A stretch of DNA of 64,000 nt from Candidatus Marinacidobacterales bacterium (GTDB lineage: Bacteria > Acidobacteriota > Vicinamibacteria > Marinacidobacterales > SMYC01). Where the stretch lies: NCBI GenBank assembly GCA_965237955.1, contig OZ250169.1, positions 6,944,001 to 7,008,000 on the forward strand, given 5' to 3'. Made by a program: the position numbers and the translations under genes. Each line of letters opens with the position of its first letter. Position 1 is the stretch's first letter. Positions 1-9,546 of the stretch are shown here, piece by piece. Under the pieces are notes generated by a model, which was given only the letters and a program-made list of their open reading frames with translations, did not search any database and had not been told where the DNA came from.

Positions 1-155
1 TTGACGTAGTAGCCGACAGGAAACGCCGCGGACGACCACGAAAGCTCGACGAGATCGCCGCTAGGTGTCCTATGTTGCAACAGGTGATAGGCCCCGGAGC
101 CGGGCACGAATACCAGGAGACAAAGAGCTATCAGCGCGGGTCGACGGAGCTTCAT
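1..155 (-). CDS. Secreted protein, 5' part only (runs off the window); possibly matrixin-like metalloprotease
   Basis: ATG at 153-155 overlaps the stop of the upstream gene (ATGA); translates MKLRRPALIALCLLVFVPGSGAYHLLQ...FPVGYYV, with a signal peptide. The product guess is weak. Confidence 0.6.
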   Translation of the reverse strand, partial: MKLRRPALIALCLLVFVPGSGAYHLLQHRTPSGDLVELSWSSAAFPVGYYV

Positions 156-715
156 CGCTGGTACTCCGCGATGCGTGCCGCGACGTCGGAAAGCCGGTAT
201 CTTCGAACGGGGTCGCCGGGCTTTCGCGATTTCGTGCTGTAGTTCGCCAGCATCAGTGTCGAAATGTCGCGTTTCAGGATTCGCTCGCCAACCGCGTTCC
301 TCGCGATCGTGAACTTACCCAGCGAAAGCCCGAGCACGCTCGGAATGCGGGCCTGTTGTCCCGCGCAGAACAAGAGCACCTCCTCGCCAATGCCGAACTG
401 CGGTGTTCCGGGGAGATGCGCTAGGTAGCGTCCGACTTGCCCTCCGAGCAAACGCACCGTCGCGACGCGCGCGTCGTTACCTCCTTTGAGGTACGTCTCG
501 ACTTCGAACGTGACGTAAGTGTAGATGCGCGTGCGTTCCGCGTTCCATTCGGCCCGCTTTCCTACTACACGGCCGGTGAAAATCATGTCGGCGCGATCGG
601 TCATCTGCTCGAGGTTCATGGCGCGCACCGTGCCTGCCTCGCTCGTGCCCAGGTTCAGCGTTAGTGCGCCCAGCGTCAACAGGGTGAACACCAGCGGGAT
701 CGGGATGGATCGCAT
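152..715 (-). CDS. Hypothetical secreted protein
   Basis: Signal peptide; AGGAGG RBS upstream; motif 'LEQMTDRADMIFTGRV...GGQVG...PGTPQF..GEEVLLF' typical of small proteins preceding matrixin genes. Confidence 0.8.
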   Translation of the reverse strand: MRSIPIPLVFTLLTLGALTLNLGTSEAGTVRAMNLEQMTDRADMIFTGRVVGKRAEWNAERTRIYTYVTFEVETYLKGGNDARVATVRLLGGQVGRYLAHLPGTPQFGIGEEVLLFCAGQQARIPSVLGLSLGKFTIARNAVGERILKRDISTLMLANYSTKSRKPGDPVRRYRLSDVAARIAEYQR

Positions 716-744
716 GAGGGTTGCCTCCTTTTTTCGACGAGTGT

Positions 745-1887
745 CTATGATAGCTCGAAGTGAGAGAGCACGGCCTCGGCCGCGCGCGCCGAAGCGCCTC
801 CACCACCGAGCTTCTGCTTGACGTCGGCCAGACCGCGGCGCATGGCCTCCGCGTTGTCCTCGTCGAGAAGCCGCATCACCTGCTCGACGATGTTCGCCGG
901 CGTCATCGCGCCCTGAATCAGCTCCGGCACGAGCTCTCGCTCCGCGATGAGATTCACCATGGAGTAGAAGGCCACGTTCACGAACGGCTTGCCGAGAAAA
1001 TAGCTCGCGCGTCCCACGCGGTACACGACGACCATGGGGGTTCCCGAGAGCGCCGCCTCCATCGTGGCGGTGCCGGAAGCGACGATGGCAGCGGCCGCAT
1101 GGACGAGGCCATTGTAGATAGGTCCTTCGAGGATGCGCACGCGATCGACGCTCGTCACGTCGAGCCGATCGCTGAGGAATCCCGGGGGGATGGTCGGCGC
1201 GCGGCTAACGACGAACTGGAGATCCGCGTAGGTACGAGACAGCTCTTCGAGCGCGCGGCACAGGATGGGAACATGTAGCTCGATCTCGCGGCGGCGGCTG
1301 CCGGGTAACACTGTTAACAGCGGCCGCCCCGGGTCGAGTCCTGCCCGGCTGAAAAACGCTTCGCGATCCTCGGAGGCTCGAGCAAGATCGACGAGCGGGT
1401 GGCCGACGTAGCGAACTTTCACGCCTTCGCGCTCGTAGAGCTCTTTCTCGAAAGGCAGAATAACGAGCATTTCTTCGACGGTCTCCCGGATGGTGCGGAT
1501 TCTCCCGCGGCGCCACGCCCAAACTTGTGGGCTGACGTAATAGACCACGGGAACGCCGAGCGACTTGAGCCGGCGCGCGAGCCGGAGGTTGAAGCCGGAA
1601 AAATCGATGAGCACCGCGAGATCCGGTCGTCTCGATTCGGCCGCGGCGCACAACCGCCGCATCGCGTCCGCAAGCGCCGGCAGTTTTCGGACGACCTCGA
1701 CGAGCCCAATCACCGAGACCTCTTCGAGGCGAACGATCCGCTCCATACCTGCGGCTTCGGAGCGGGCACCACCGAGGCCGAACGCGGACAGCGACGGGCG
1801 TTTCTTGATGAGCTCTTTCAGGAGCTCGGCGGCATACAGGTCACCGGAAGCCTCACCGCAGCTGATGAGGAGGCGGAGCGGCTTCAC
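745..1887 (-). CDS. lpxB: Lipid-A-disaccharide synthase
   Basis: GEASGDLY, IDFSGFN, YYVSPQVWAWR, VGHPL, LPGSR, ASGTATME motifs. Confidence 0.97.
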   Translation of the reverse strand: MKPLRLLISCGEASGDLYAAELLKELIKKRPSLSAFGLGGARSEAAGMERIVRLEEVSVIGLVEVVRKLPALADAMRRLCAAAESRRPDLAVLIDFSGFNLRLARRLKSLGVPVVYYVSPQVWAWRRGRIRTIRETVEEMLVILPFEKELYEREGVKVRYVGHPLVDLARASEDREAFFSRAGLDPGRPLLTVLPGSRRREIELHVPILCRALEELSRTYADLQFVVSRAPTIPPGFLSDRLDVTSVDRVRILEGPIYNGLVHAAAAIVASGTATMEAALSGTPMVVVYRVGRASYFLGKPFVNVAFYSMVNLIAERELVPELIQGAMTPANIVEQVMRLLDEDNAEAMRRGLADVKQKLGGGGASARAAEAVLSHFELS

Positions 1888-3647
1888 GTGTACGGGTCAG
1901 ACCTTCGTTGACAGCGGTTCGCGGCTGAATATAGCACGGCCGCTCGCTCTTCAAAATCCTCAGCAAAGAATTGCCTGTCCGTACTGCCCGGACCGAGACG
2001 GGTGCGACTTTTTTTCAACAACCGACCTATGTGGTTTACCAAGGCTTCGGTGCCGGCGCCGGTCAGGGCAGAGACGACGAGGCTAGTGGGACGTTGGGCG
2101 AGCTCGACCCGTTGACGCTCCGGCAGCAGATCGCTCTTGTTGAACACCGTGATCTGGTGGATATCATCGAGCTCGAGCTCCGTTAGGATGCGCGCCACGG
2201 AGTCCATCCGATCGCGAGACGCGGCGTGCGAGGCATCGACGATGTGGAGGATCAGCGTCGACGTTTCGATCTCCTCGAGCGTTGCGCGAAACGCTTCGAT
2301 CAGCTCCGGCGGAAGATCCCGGATGAACCCGACGGTGTCCGCCAGCAGGACTTCGCGCTCGACCGGCACGCGCAGCCGCCGGCTCGTAGGATCCAGCGTT
2401 TCGAACATGCGGCTTCCGGCCGCGACGGTGCTTTTGGTGAGGCGGTTCAACAAGCTCGACTTCCCTGCGCTGGTGTAGCCGACGAGGGTAACGATCGGAA
2501 GCCCGCGGCTCACGCGTCGCTTGCGACGCTCACCTCTCTTACGCCGGATGTTCTTGACCTCTTTTTGGAGGCGCGTGATCCTCTCGCGCGCCCGGCGGCG
2601 GTCGATTTCGAGCTTGGTCTCACCAGGGCCGCGGCCGCCGATGCCGCCGGTGAGCCGGGAAAGCGCGGTGTCCATCTCGGTGAGCCGCGGCAGCATATAC
2701 CGTAGCTGGGCGAGCTCGACTTGAAGCTTACCTTCGCGGCTTTGGGCGCGCCGCGCGAAGATATCGAGAATAAGCTGCGTGCGATCCAGGATCTTCAGGT
2801 CGGTGGCCGCGCTAATCGAGCGAACCTGCGCCGGTGTCAGGTTCCGATCGAAGATGATCAGATCGGCGCCTTCTTGTAGGGTGTGGATGACGAGCTCTTC
2901 GATCTTGCCTTTGCCGATGAGATAGCGGGGATCGAGCCTCGTGCGTTTTTGCACGACGGTGTCGAGGACGACGACCTCGGAAAACCTCGCGAGCTCGGCG
3001 AGCTCGGCTAGCCGCTCGCGCGCCTCCTCCACACTTTTCGTGGTGACGCCCACCAAGATGGCGCGCTCGCGTCGGTCGAAGCGATGATGCTCGCCGCGTT
3101 TTTCCGCGAACTCATCCTCGAGATGGGTGATGAACGCCACGAAGTCGAGGTCGATTTGGCTCGGAAGCACCGGGGGCAAGAGCTCCCACGGTTCGGCGTT
3201 ATTACTGTTTCCATTGCCGGCGGTCGCAGGCGTGAGGTGCGCGGTGCGCACGACACCGGGGAGCCCATCTTCGCGCGCCTCGATCGCGGACATCGCATCG
3301 AGACGTAGAAGCGCCAAATCGGTCAAGTCATCACGCGTCAACGGCTCGGAAGCCAAGTGCGTGTGGAGACACCGCAAACCGCGAAACCGTCGCTCGGCGA
3401 CACGCAGCCGCTTCAAGTCCGGCAGCACGATCTGGCGTGCATTGCCGACGATGACCCACTCCACTTCACCTTTCCGATTGACGAGGACGCCGACTTGCCG
3501 GTGGAGCTCGCGGGAGATCTCGGTGAGTTGGCGCGCGAAATCGTGAGTCACGAGCTCACGAGGAGGTAGCCGCCGCTGGTAGAGTTTTTCGAGCCGCTTA
3601 CGCTGGCCGGCCTTCAGACCCGTGATGTTGCCTTCTAGCTTGCGAAT
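1884..3647 (-). CDS. hflX: GTPase HflX, long form with N-terminal extension; probable non-canonical ATT start
   Basis: GYTSAGKS, DTVGFI, NKSD, GGRGPGETKLE. The open frame continues upstream of the ORF-track GTG (3551) as IRKLEGNITGLKAGQRKRLEKLYQRR to ATT at 3645-3647. Confidence 0.93.
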   Translation of the reverse strand: MRKLEGNITGLKAGQRKRLEKLYQRRLPPRELVTHDFARQLTEISRELHRQVGVLVNRKGEVEWVIVGNARQIVLPDLKRLRVAERRFRGLRCLHTHLASEPLTRDDLTDLALLRLDAMSAIEAREDGLPGVVRTAHLTPATAGNGNSNNAEPWELLPPVLPSQIDLDFVAFITHLEDEFAEKRGEHHRFDRRERAILVGVTTKSVEEARERLAELAELARFSEVVVLDTVVQKRTRLDPRYLIGKGKIEELVIHTLQEGADLIIFDRNLTPAQVRSISAATDLKILDRTQLILDIFARRAQSREGKLQVELAQLRYMLPRLTEMDTALSRLTGGIGGRGPGETKLEIDRRRARERITRLQKEVKNIRRKRGERRKRRVSRGLPIVTLVGYTSAGKSSLLNRLTKSTVAAGSRMFETLDPTSRRLRVPVEREVLLADTVGFIRDLPPELIEAFRATLEEIETSTLILHIVDASHAASRDRMDSVARILTELELDDIHQITVFNKSDLLPERQRVELAQRPTSLVVSALTGAGTEALVNHIGRLLKKSRTRLGPGSTDRQFFAEDFEERAAVLYSAANRCQRRSDPYT

Positions 3648-3671
3648 GTGGCGGGCCTTGTGGTTTCTGGC

Positions 3672-4877
3672 TTAGGGGCTCTGGTTGCCGGTTTCGGAGA
3701 CGAGGAGATCGAGCTTCGCGCGCGCGGACAGATAGTTCGGATCGACCTCGAGCGTCTTCTCGTAGGCGTCGATCGCTTTTTTGCGATTGCCGAGCTTCAT
3801 GTAGACCTCGCCGATGTAGTAACGCGCATCGGCGAGCGATCCGTCGCGAGACACGGCTTTTTTGAAGTGCTTGAGCGCCTCGCGGTAGTTCTTCTGGTGG
3901 AATTCGATGATACCCAGGTGATGGTAATAGTAAGCGTTCGAGGCGTTCGAGCCACCGGCTTTGGTCGCCAACTCGAACTCCGCGATGGCGTCGTCTACGA
4001 GCCCCATCGAATAGTACGCGGCACCCAGGTTCGAGCGGGCATCCGCGAACTTTGGATCGGATTGAAGCGCGAGCTTGTACTGCTCAATGGCTTCGTCTAC
4101 CCGGCCGCGCCGCCTCAGGGCAACGCCGAGATTGTTGCGCGCGCGAAGGAAGTTCGGGTAGATGTCGAGAGCCATCTTGTACATTTTGAGCTCGGCGGCT
4201 TCCGGATCGAAATTGTCGCCGAGATCGCCCGCCGTTTCCGCGAAGTAGCCGTACAGGAAGCCTTGATTGTTGTAGTAGTTCGCAATCGCTTCGAAGTCGT
4301 CGATCTCTTTCGCGCCAAAATACTCGCGCTCCGGAGTTCGTGTGAAATCGATCATTTTGAGGTCGGGACCGTGGCGAACGCCGGCGGTGATGTGGCCGTT
4401 GTTGACGATCACGTCGGCCTCTTTCGAGACGCGCTCGATGGTTTTGACGTCCACGTAGACGGCGTCGAGGCCGACCTCGCGCGCCATACCTATGAAGAGG
4501 TTGGTGTAGGCGAGACAGCTACCTTTGCCCTCGTAGAACACTTGCTGCGCGGTTTTGTTCGACAGCCAGTCGTAGGAGATCGACATGCCGGTGTGATCGA
4601 TGATCGCATGGACGATCGCACGCGCCTTGTTGCTGTCGGTGAGCAAATTCTCGACCGACTTGATGGCGAGCACGCGGATTTCGTCGTTGATGTCGTAGGG
4701 GACGACGATCTTTTGCACCACGTCTTCAGGAACGCGGGTGCGGAGATCCTCTCTCACCTCGGCGGGAGTGTATTGTTTCCGAGAAGTCGTCGCGCAGGCG
4801 GACAGGGTGGCGAGCGCGGCGATAACCCCTAACGATCGGAGCCACTTGGACCCATGAGACAAGCCCGATAGTTTCAT
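3672..4877 (-). CDS. Lipoprotein with transglutaminase-like domain and C-terminal TPR repeats
   Basis: Lipobox LSAC; GSCLAYT (Cys), NGHIT (His), IDF (Asp); about 5 TPRs (ARNNLGVAL, ARSNLGAAY, ARYYIGEVY). Start placed at MKLSG. Confidence 0.85.
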   Translation of the reverse strand: MKLSGLSHGSKWLRSLGVIAALATLSACATTSRKQYTPAEVREDLRTRVPEDVVQKIVVPYDINDEIRVLAIKSVENLLTDSNKARAIVHAIIDHTGMSISYDWLSNKTAQQVFYEGKGSCLAYTNLFIGMAREVGLDAVYVDVKTIERVSKEADVIVNNGHITAGVRHGPDLKMIDFTRTPEREYFGAKEIDDFEAIANYYNNQGFLYGYFAETAGDLGDNFDPEAAELKMYKMALDIYPNFLRARNNLGVALRRRGRVDEAIEQYKLALQSDPKFADARSNLGAAYYSMGLVDDAIAEFELATKAGGSNASNAYYYHHLGIIEFHQKNYREALKHFKKAVSRDGSLADARYYIGEVYMKLGNRKKAIDAYEKTLEVDPNYLSARAKLDLLVSETGNQSP

Positions 4878-4998
4878 GACGGTCGCCTGTCGAGCAGTAT
4901 AGCACGTGCTCAGCGGGCCGTCAGAGACGGCCGCCGTTTGCACTTCCCTACATCGCGGCGTATTCTGCACGGCAACCGGTGAACCGAGGAGGAACTCG

Positions 4999-6516
4999 AT
5001 GTTGAACAAGCTGTTGCGAGCTTTCGCCACCGTCGGCGTCATTGCGATCGCCGCTACGGTCGTGGCCCAGGACAAGCTCAGCAAAGGCGACAAAAAATGG
5101 ATGGAGGAGGAAGTCGGCCCCATCATCACCAAGCAAGAAATAGCGATGTTCCAGCAGATCGACAAGGACGACCGCAAGCTCTTCAAAGAGCTCTTCTGGA
5201 TGCGACGCGACTACGACCCCCGCACGCGGGACAACGAGTACCGCAAAGATTACGAACAGCGCATCAAAGCGGCGAACGACAATTTCAAGTCTCGACGCCA
5301 GAAGGGCTCGGAATCCGACATGGGGAAGATCTTTCTGCTGATGGGCGCGCCCGACGAGCGGCAGCGAGGCGGCTCCGCCGAAGAGGGTGGTTTGCCGCGC
5401 AATCCCAGTGCGAGAGAGAACGATGCTGTCAATCCGTTTGCAGGCTTCGAGGATGATATTTCGGCGGGCGCGCGCGATATTGGCTCCCGTGACATCATGG
5501 TGTGGGTCTATAATCCCAACCCTTCGCTCGGCATACCGGACGGCCTCGCGGTCGAGTTCTGGCGGCGAGAGCAGTTCGGTTATCGCATTGGAAACCTGGA
5601 CGACATCGAGGAGCATCTCGAGGGCGCGAAGGAGCAGATGGTTGCGAACCGAGCGATCGGTTACTCGCTCGACGAAAACGGGCGGCTCCGGAAACCGGAT
5701 GACAAGTTCGATCCAAACAGCCCGGCGAAGACGGTCCTCTCCGCGCTTCGTAACACCGGTGAGACGAGCTCTGCAATCGCGTTCACGACCACTCCAAGCT
5801 TCTTCCAGGCGTCCGGCGGGGAAATCTACGTCCCCATCGATTTCGCGATCTCGGAAGGACCGACATCGGACAACCTCACGTTCTTCTATTCAGTGGAGGA
5901 TGCCGATGGGTTCGAGAGAAACCAAGCCGAAGAACCGGTGCAGCTCACGAAGGACGCAGCCGGTCGATGGCGCTACGAGTATCCCATCCAGCTGCCGGCG
6001 GGTCTCTACACCTTGTACGTCGGTTTTCTCGACAGCGCGGCCAAAGTGCACGGAACCCAAATCATCGACCTGGAGGTTCCCAGCTTCGAGGGCGACGCGC
6101 TCACGCTGTCCTCGGTGGTCATGTTCTCGACCTCGGACAGGACGGGCGAGACCCACGGTGTTCCCGGGAAGGCTTTTCTTCTCGCCGGTTATCATTTCAA
6201 GCCCAAGGGCGAAAGGCTCTACAACCACTCGGAGCAGCTCGCGGGCGTGCTCAACGCTTACAACTATGGTCTCGCCGGTGAGCAACCCAATTTGACGTTT
6301 CAGCTCGTGTTCTTCAAAGACGGGGAGAAGCGAGGGCAAACCGAAGACGGGCCGTTCGCGGCGCAGGTACCCAAGATGGCGTTTACCACCTTCGACATCC
6401 CGCTGAATATCCCGACCTTCAAAGAGCCAGGAGACTACACGATGAAGGTCACGGTGACCGATCACATCAAGAACGAAAAACTCACGGAGGAGATCACGTT
6501 CGTCATCAAAGAGTAA
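4999..6516 (+). CDS. GWxTD-domain secreted protein (variant motif GSESD)
   Basis: GAGGAGG RBS; signal peptide; KWMEEEVGPII...FW.RRD..P.T.DNEY...RI..AN..F...GSESDMGKIFLLMGAPD; C-terminal Ig-like region 'PGDYTMKVTVTD'. Confidence 0.85.
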   Translation: MLNKLLRAFATVGVIAIAATVVAQDKLSKGDKKWMEEEVGPIITKQEIAMFQQIDKDDRKLFKELFWMRRDYDPRTRDNEYRKDYEQRIKAANDNFKSRRQKGSESDMGKIFLLMGAPDERQRGGSAEEGGLPRNPSARENDAVNPFAGFEDDISAGARDIGSRDIMVWVYNPNPSLGIPDGLAVEFWRREQFGYRIGNLDDIEEHLEGAKEQMVANRAIGYSLDENGRLRKPDDKFDPNSPAKTVLSALRNTGETSSAIAFTTTPSFFQASGGEIYVPIDFAISEGPTSDNLTFFYSVEDADGFERNQAEEPVQLTKDAAGRWRYEYPIQLPAGLYTLYVGFLDSAAKVHGTQIIDLEVPSFEGDALTLSSVVMFSTSDRTGETHGVPGKAFLLAGYHFKPKGERLYNHSEQLAGVLNAYNYGLAGEQPNLTFQLVFFKDGEKRGQTEDGPFAAQVPKMAFTTFDIPLNIPTFKEPGDYTMKVTVTDHIKNEKLTEEITFVIKE

Positions 6517-6533
6517 CCCGAGGGAGTTGACTC

Positions 6534-6929
6534 ATGAAGCGGACACTCCTGGCCGCGCTCGTGCTCGCCGGTGCGATCGCGACGGCGTCTACCGCGGCCG
6601 AGTCTCAGGCGAAGAGCAAGAAATCCGTCAACGCCGTCTATGCCGTCGGCTGCCTCAGCGAAGAGGATGAGGAATGGATGCTCATCCGCGCGACGGAAGC
6701 GGTCGTCACCGAAATCTCGCCGCTCACTCCGGATGAAGAAGAAGCCTCGGATGCGCTCGAAACCCCTGGGGACAAGCGCTACTACCTCATCGGTGTCGAG
6801 GCGTTCCACCTTCCCGATCACAAAGACCACAAAGTCCAGGTCAAGGGTCTCCTCATCGAGGCGACTCCGGCGAGCCGCATCAACATCACCTCGATCCGCC
6901 ACATGGACGCCGAGTGCCCCGCCCCGTAA
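6534..6929 (+). CDS. Hypothetical secreted OB-fold-like protein
   Basis: RBS GGAG; signal peptide; 'VGCL...W.L..A...Y.L.G......H..HKVQVKG...I....C' pattern with paired Cys. Confidence 0.75.
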   Translation: MKRTLLAALVLAGAIATASTAAESQAKSKKSVNAVYAVGCLSEEDEEWMLIRATEAVVTEISPLTPDEEEASDALETPGDKRYYLIGVEAFHLPDHKDHKVQVKGLLIEATPASRINITSIRHMDAECPAP

Positions 6930-7004
6930 GGGTTGACGGTGCCCGGCAGAGGTATTGGGGTGAGTGGACCCTCCCATACTGAAATCCAGCCAAGGAGAAG
7001 CCAG

Positions 7005-7911
7005 ATGACGATACGGCTCCTTTCCTTCACGTTGGCCGCGCTCCTGATCGCGGCCTTACTCCATCGTCGCCTGGGTGGGAGCCGGGTCGCCGAAAGGCAA
7101 CGACGAGGACATCCCGGAGCTACCCGAGTTCGCCTCGGACCCTCGCTGGACCTACGGCGAGCCTGACTACGTTTTCACGCTTCCCATTGAGTTCCAGATT
7201 CCGGCAGAGGGCGAGCTCGACGTCGTCAACTTCTATTCGAAGATCCCGTTCGAGGAAGACAGGTTCATCGAGAAGCTCGAGCTCAAGCCGAGCGCTCACG
7301 GCATTCTCCACCATGCCGGCGCCTATATCGTCGACATTCCCGAGGGTGCCGAGATCGTCGATGGGCTTCTGGTGATGCCGGACGGCGCTTTGGAAGCGAC
7401 GGCCCGCACTGCGCCCGATGACGAGCAGAGCGTCTTCTCCCTCGCGGGCACGTCGAAGCTGATCTCCTACGTTCCGGGCCGAGGGATGGAACGCCACAAA
7501 CCGGGCACGGCCAAACGCATGCCGGCAGGTAGCTGCCTCCGGTGGAACATGCACTATCAGGCGAACGGTCGCCCCATGACCGACCGCACCGAGCTCGGCG
7601 TGTGGTTCAACACCAAGCCGGTGACGCACGAGATCCTGAACCGCAGCAGCAGCGGACTCGAGACTTACATCGTCGAAGGTGTCGAGATTCCGCCTCGATT
7701 CAAAGACGGCAAGTGGAAGCGCGGGCTCATTCCCAATATTCCGGCGTACGCGGCGAACTGGGAGAACATCCAAGTCCAGCCGATTCCGGAAGACATCACG
7801 CTCTTCGGCATGTCCCCGCACATGCATCTACGCGGCAAGAACATGGTTTACGTCATCACCTATCCCGACGGAACCAACCAGACCATCCTGACCGTGCCCG
7901 ATCACCCGTAG
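7005..7911 (+). pseudogene. Deleted/truncated copper type II monooxygenase-like (PHM-fold) secreted protein
   Basis: AAGGAG-ATG and signal peptide join out of frame to IVAWVGAGSPKG (the usual intervening cytochrome-c domain is absent); HH, MHY and PHMHLRGK motifs; ends abruptly at TVPDHP. Confidence 0.65.
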
Positions 7912-7923
7912 GCTCAACGTCGC

Positions 7924-8181
7924 ATGAAGCAATTGTTCTTCGCGCTCGTTTTCGTTGCGCTTCCAGGAAACGGCCCAGAGGCGCAACAAGACGCGCAACA
8001 ACCCAAAGCGGACCTTCCCAAAGGGCAAATGCCCGACCTCGGGCGGCCGACGACAAGGACGATGCGCTTCCGCTTTTTGACTACGAGACGTATTTCACCG
8101 GCAAGTGGAAGTTCGAGTGGATCGTGCCGGAATCCGTAGTGGAGAAAGGAAATCCCGGGGGTTACCGACGAAGGCAAGTAA
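7924..8181 (+). pseudogene. Fragment of a secreted protein gene
   Basis: Signal peptide MKQLFFALVFVAL, frameshift near 8060 into DDALPLFDYETYFTGKWKFEWIVPES, then degenerates. Confidence 0.45.
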
Positions 8182-8209
8182 GGCCTCGCACGCTCATCCT
8201 CGAGAAAAA

Positions 8210-8310
8210 CAACGCAAAGGCGCTAAGACGCGAAGGCGCCAAGAGCTCGGAGTCGGGCAACAAGGATCGGTTTGGACTTGGCGTCTTTGCGCCTTCGCGT
8301 CTGTGCGTTG
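8210..8310. repeat. Imperfect palindrome with 8-bp-periodic arms (REP-like)
   Basis: Arm 8210-8243 CAACGCAAAGGCGCTAAGACGCGAAGGCGCCAAG pairs with 8277-8310 at 28/34 positions; unit RCGCNAAG x4. Confidence 0.8.
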
Positions 8311-8325
8311 ATCTTTTTCCCGGAG

Positions 8326-9492
8326 CTACGCGGCTTTTTTCAAGCCGCCCTCTTCCAGTATCTCGAGGGCTTTGTCGAGGACGGGGTCTTCATCCTCGGG
8401 GGTGTCGGCGGGGCGGGGGACCTCGACGGTCGGCTCGAGGCCTTCGCCGAGCATCGCCTTCCCGTCCGGCGTCCAGTACTGCCCCACGGAGAGAACGAGC
8501 GCCGCGCCGTCGCGGAGCGCGATGGTTTTCTGCACAGCGCTACGGCCCGAGGTCGAAACGCCGACGAGCTCGCCCCGGTTAGCCGACCGGATGGCGCTGG
8601 CGACGATCTCCGCTGCCCCGGAGCTTCCGCGGTTGATGAGCACGGCGATTGGGCCATCGAACGCGACCTGATCGCTCGCGAGGGTGACGTCCGTCGTCTC
8701 CCCGTCACGGGTTTGAAGACGTGCCGCCACGCCACCCGCGACGAAGAGCTCGGCGATACGGGCACCATCAGCCGCGATCCGGCCAAAGCTGTTGCGAACG
8801 TCTAACACGATGCGCTCGGCTCCCTGGCCCTTGAGCATTTCGATGCTGCGTTTCAGGTCGGTCGCGGTGCCTGCACGGAACGACGTGATGTGGATGTAGC
8901 CGGTCCCGTCCTTCAGAAGCTCGAACTCCACCGGCGACGAGACGACGTCACGGCGATTCACGCTGATATCGAACGGCTCCGGCTGGCGTCCGCGGATGAC
9001 CTCGAGCTCGAGCTTCGAGCCCGCGGGCCCTCGGAGCATCGCTTCGCCCACGATCACGTTGACCTCGCGCGTGTTCTTGCCGTCGATGGACTTGAGCAGA
9101 TCTCCGGGCTGGAGTCCCGCGGCTTCGGCAGGCGAGCCCGCCAACACCGCAACCACTTGAATGTAGTAACGCTTCGTCACCTCGACACCGATATCCGCCT
9201 TCGCCTGCGCTTCGGGCGTCGTGAACGCCTCGTACTCTTCGGGGGTGAGGTAACAGCTATCGGGATCGAGCGCTTCCATCATGCCGCGGATCGCGCCGTC
9301 TATGACTTCATCCATCTCCGGCTGCTCGACGTAGAAGTTCATCACATGGGTCACCACGTCTTGGAACACGGAGAGGTAGCGGTAGGCGCTATCCCGTGCC
9401 AGGGCGCGGCCGAGGAACCCTCCAAGGATCGCATAGAGAACAAAGGGGATAGAGAAGCCTAGGATGAGGTGCTTGGCGCGTAAGTTCTTCAT
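8326..9492 (-). CDS. S41 (CtpA-like) PDZ-domain protease homolog with degenerate catalytic site
   Basis: AIRGMMEALDPDS, PDZ (GSPAEAAGLQPGD), GYIHITSF; GSSGAAE in place of GSASASE and TSGRSAVQ in place of TFGKGSVQ. Confidence 0.9.
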   Translation of the reverse strand: MKNLRAKHLILGFSIPFVLYAILGGFLGRALARDSAYRYLSVFQDVVTHVMNFYVEQPEMDEVIDGAIRGMMEALDPDSCYLTPEEYEAFTTPEAQAKADIGVEVTKRYYIQVVAVLAGSPAEAAGLQPGDLLKSIDGKNTREVNVIVGEAMLRGPAGSKLELEVIRGRQPEPFDISVNRRDVVSSPVEFELLKDGTGYIHITSFRAGTATDLKRSIEMLKGQGAERIVLDVRNSFGRIAADGARIAELFVAGGVAARLQTRDGETTDVTLASDQVAFDGPIAVLINRGSSGAAEIVASAIRSANRGELVGVSTSGRSAVQKTIALRDGAALVLSVGQYWTPDGKAMLGEGLEPTVEVPRPADTPEDEDPVLDKALEILEEGGLKKAA

Positions 9493-9546
9493 GGGCGAAA
9501 CCGATCCTCCCGCTAGATCTTATTTTGCCGTGCTGGACGGCCGCGG

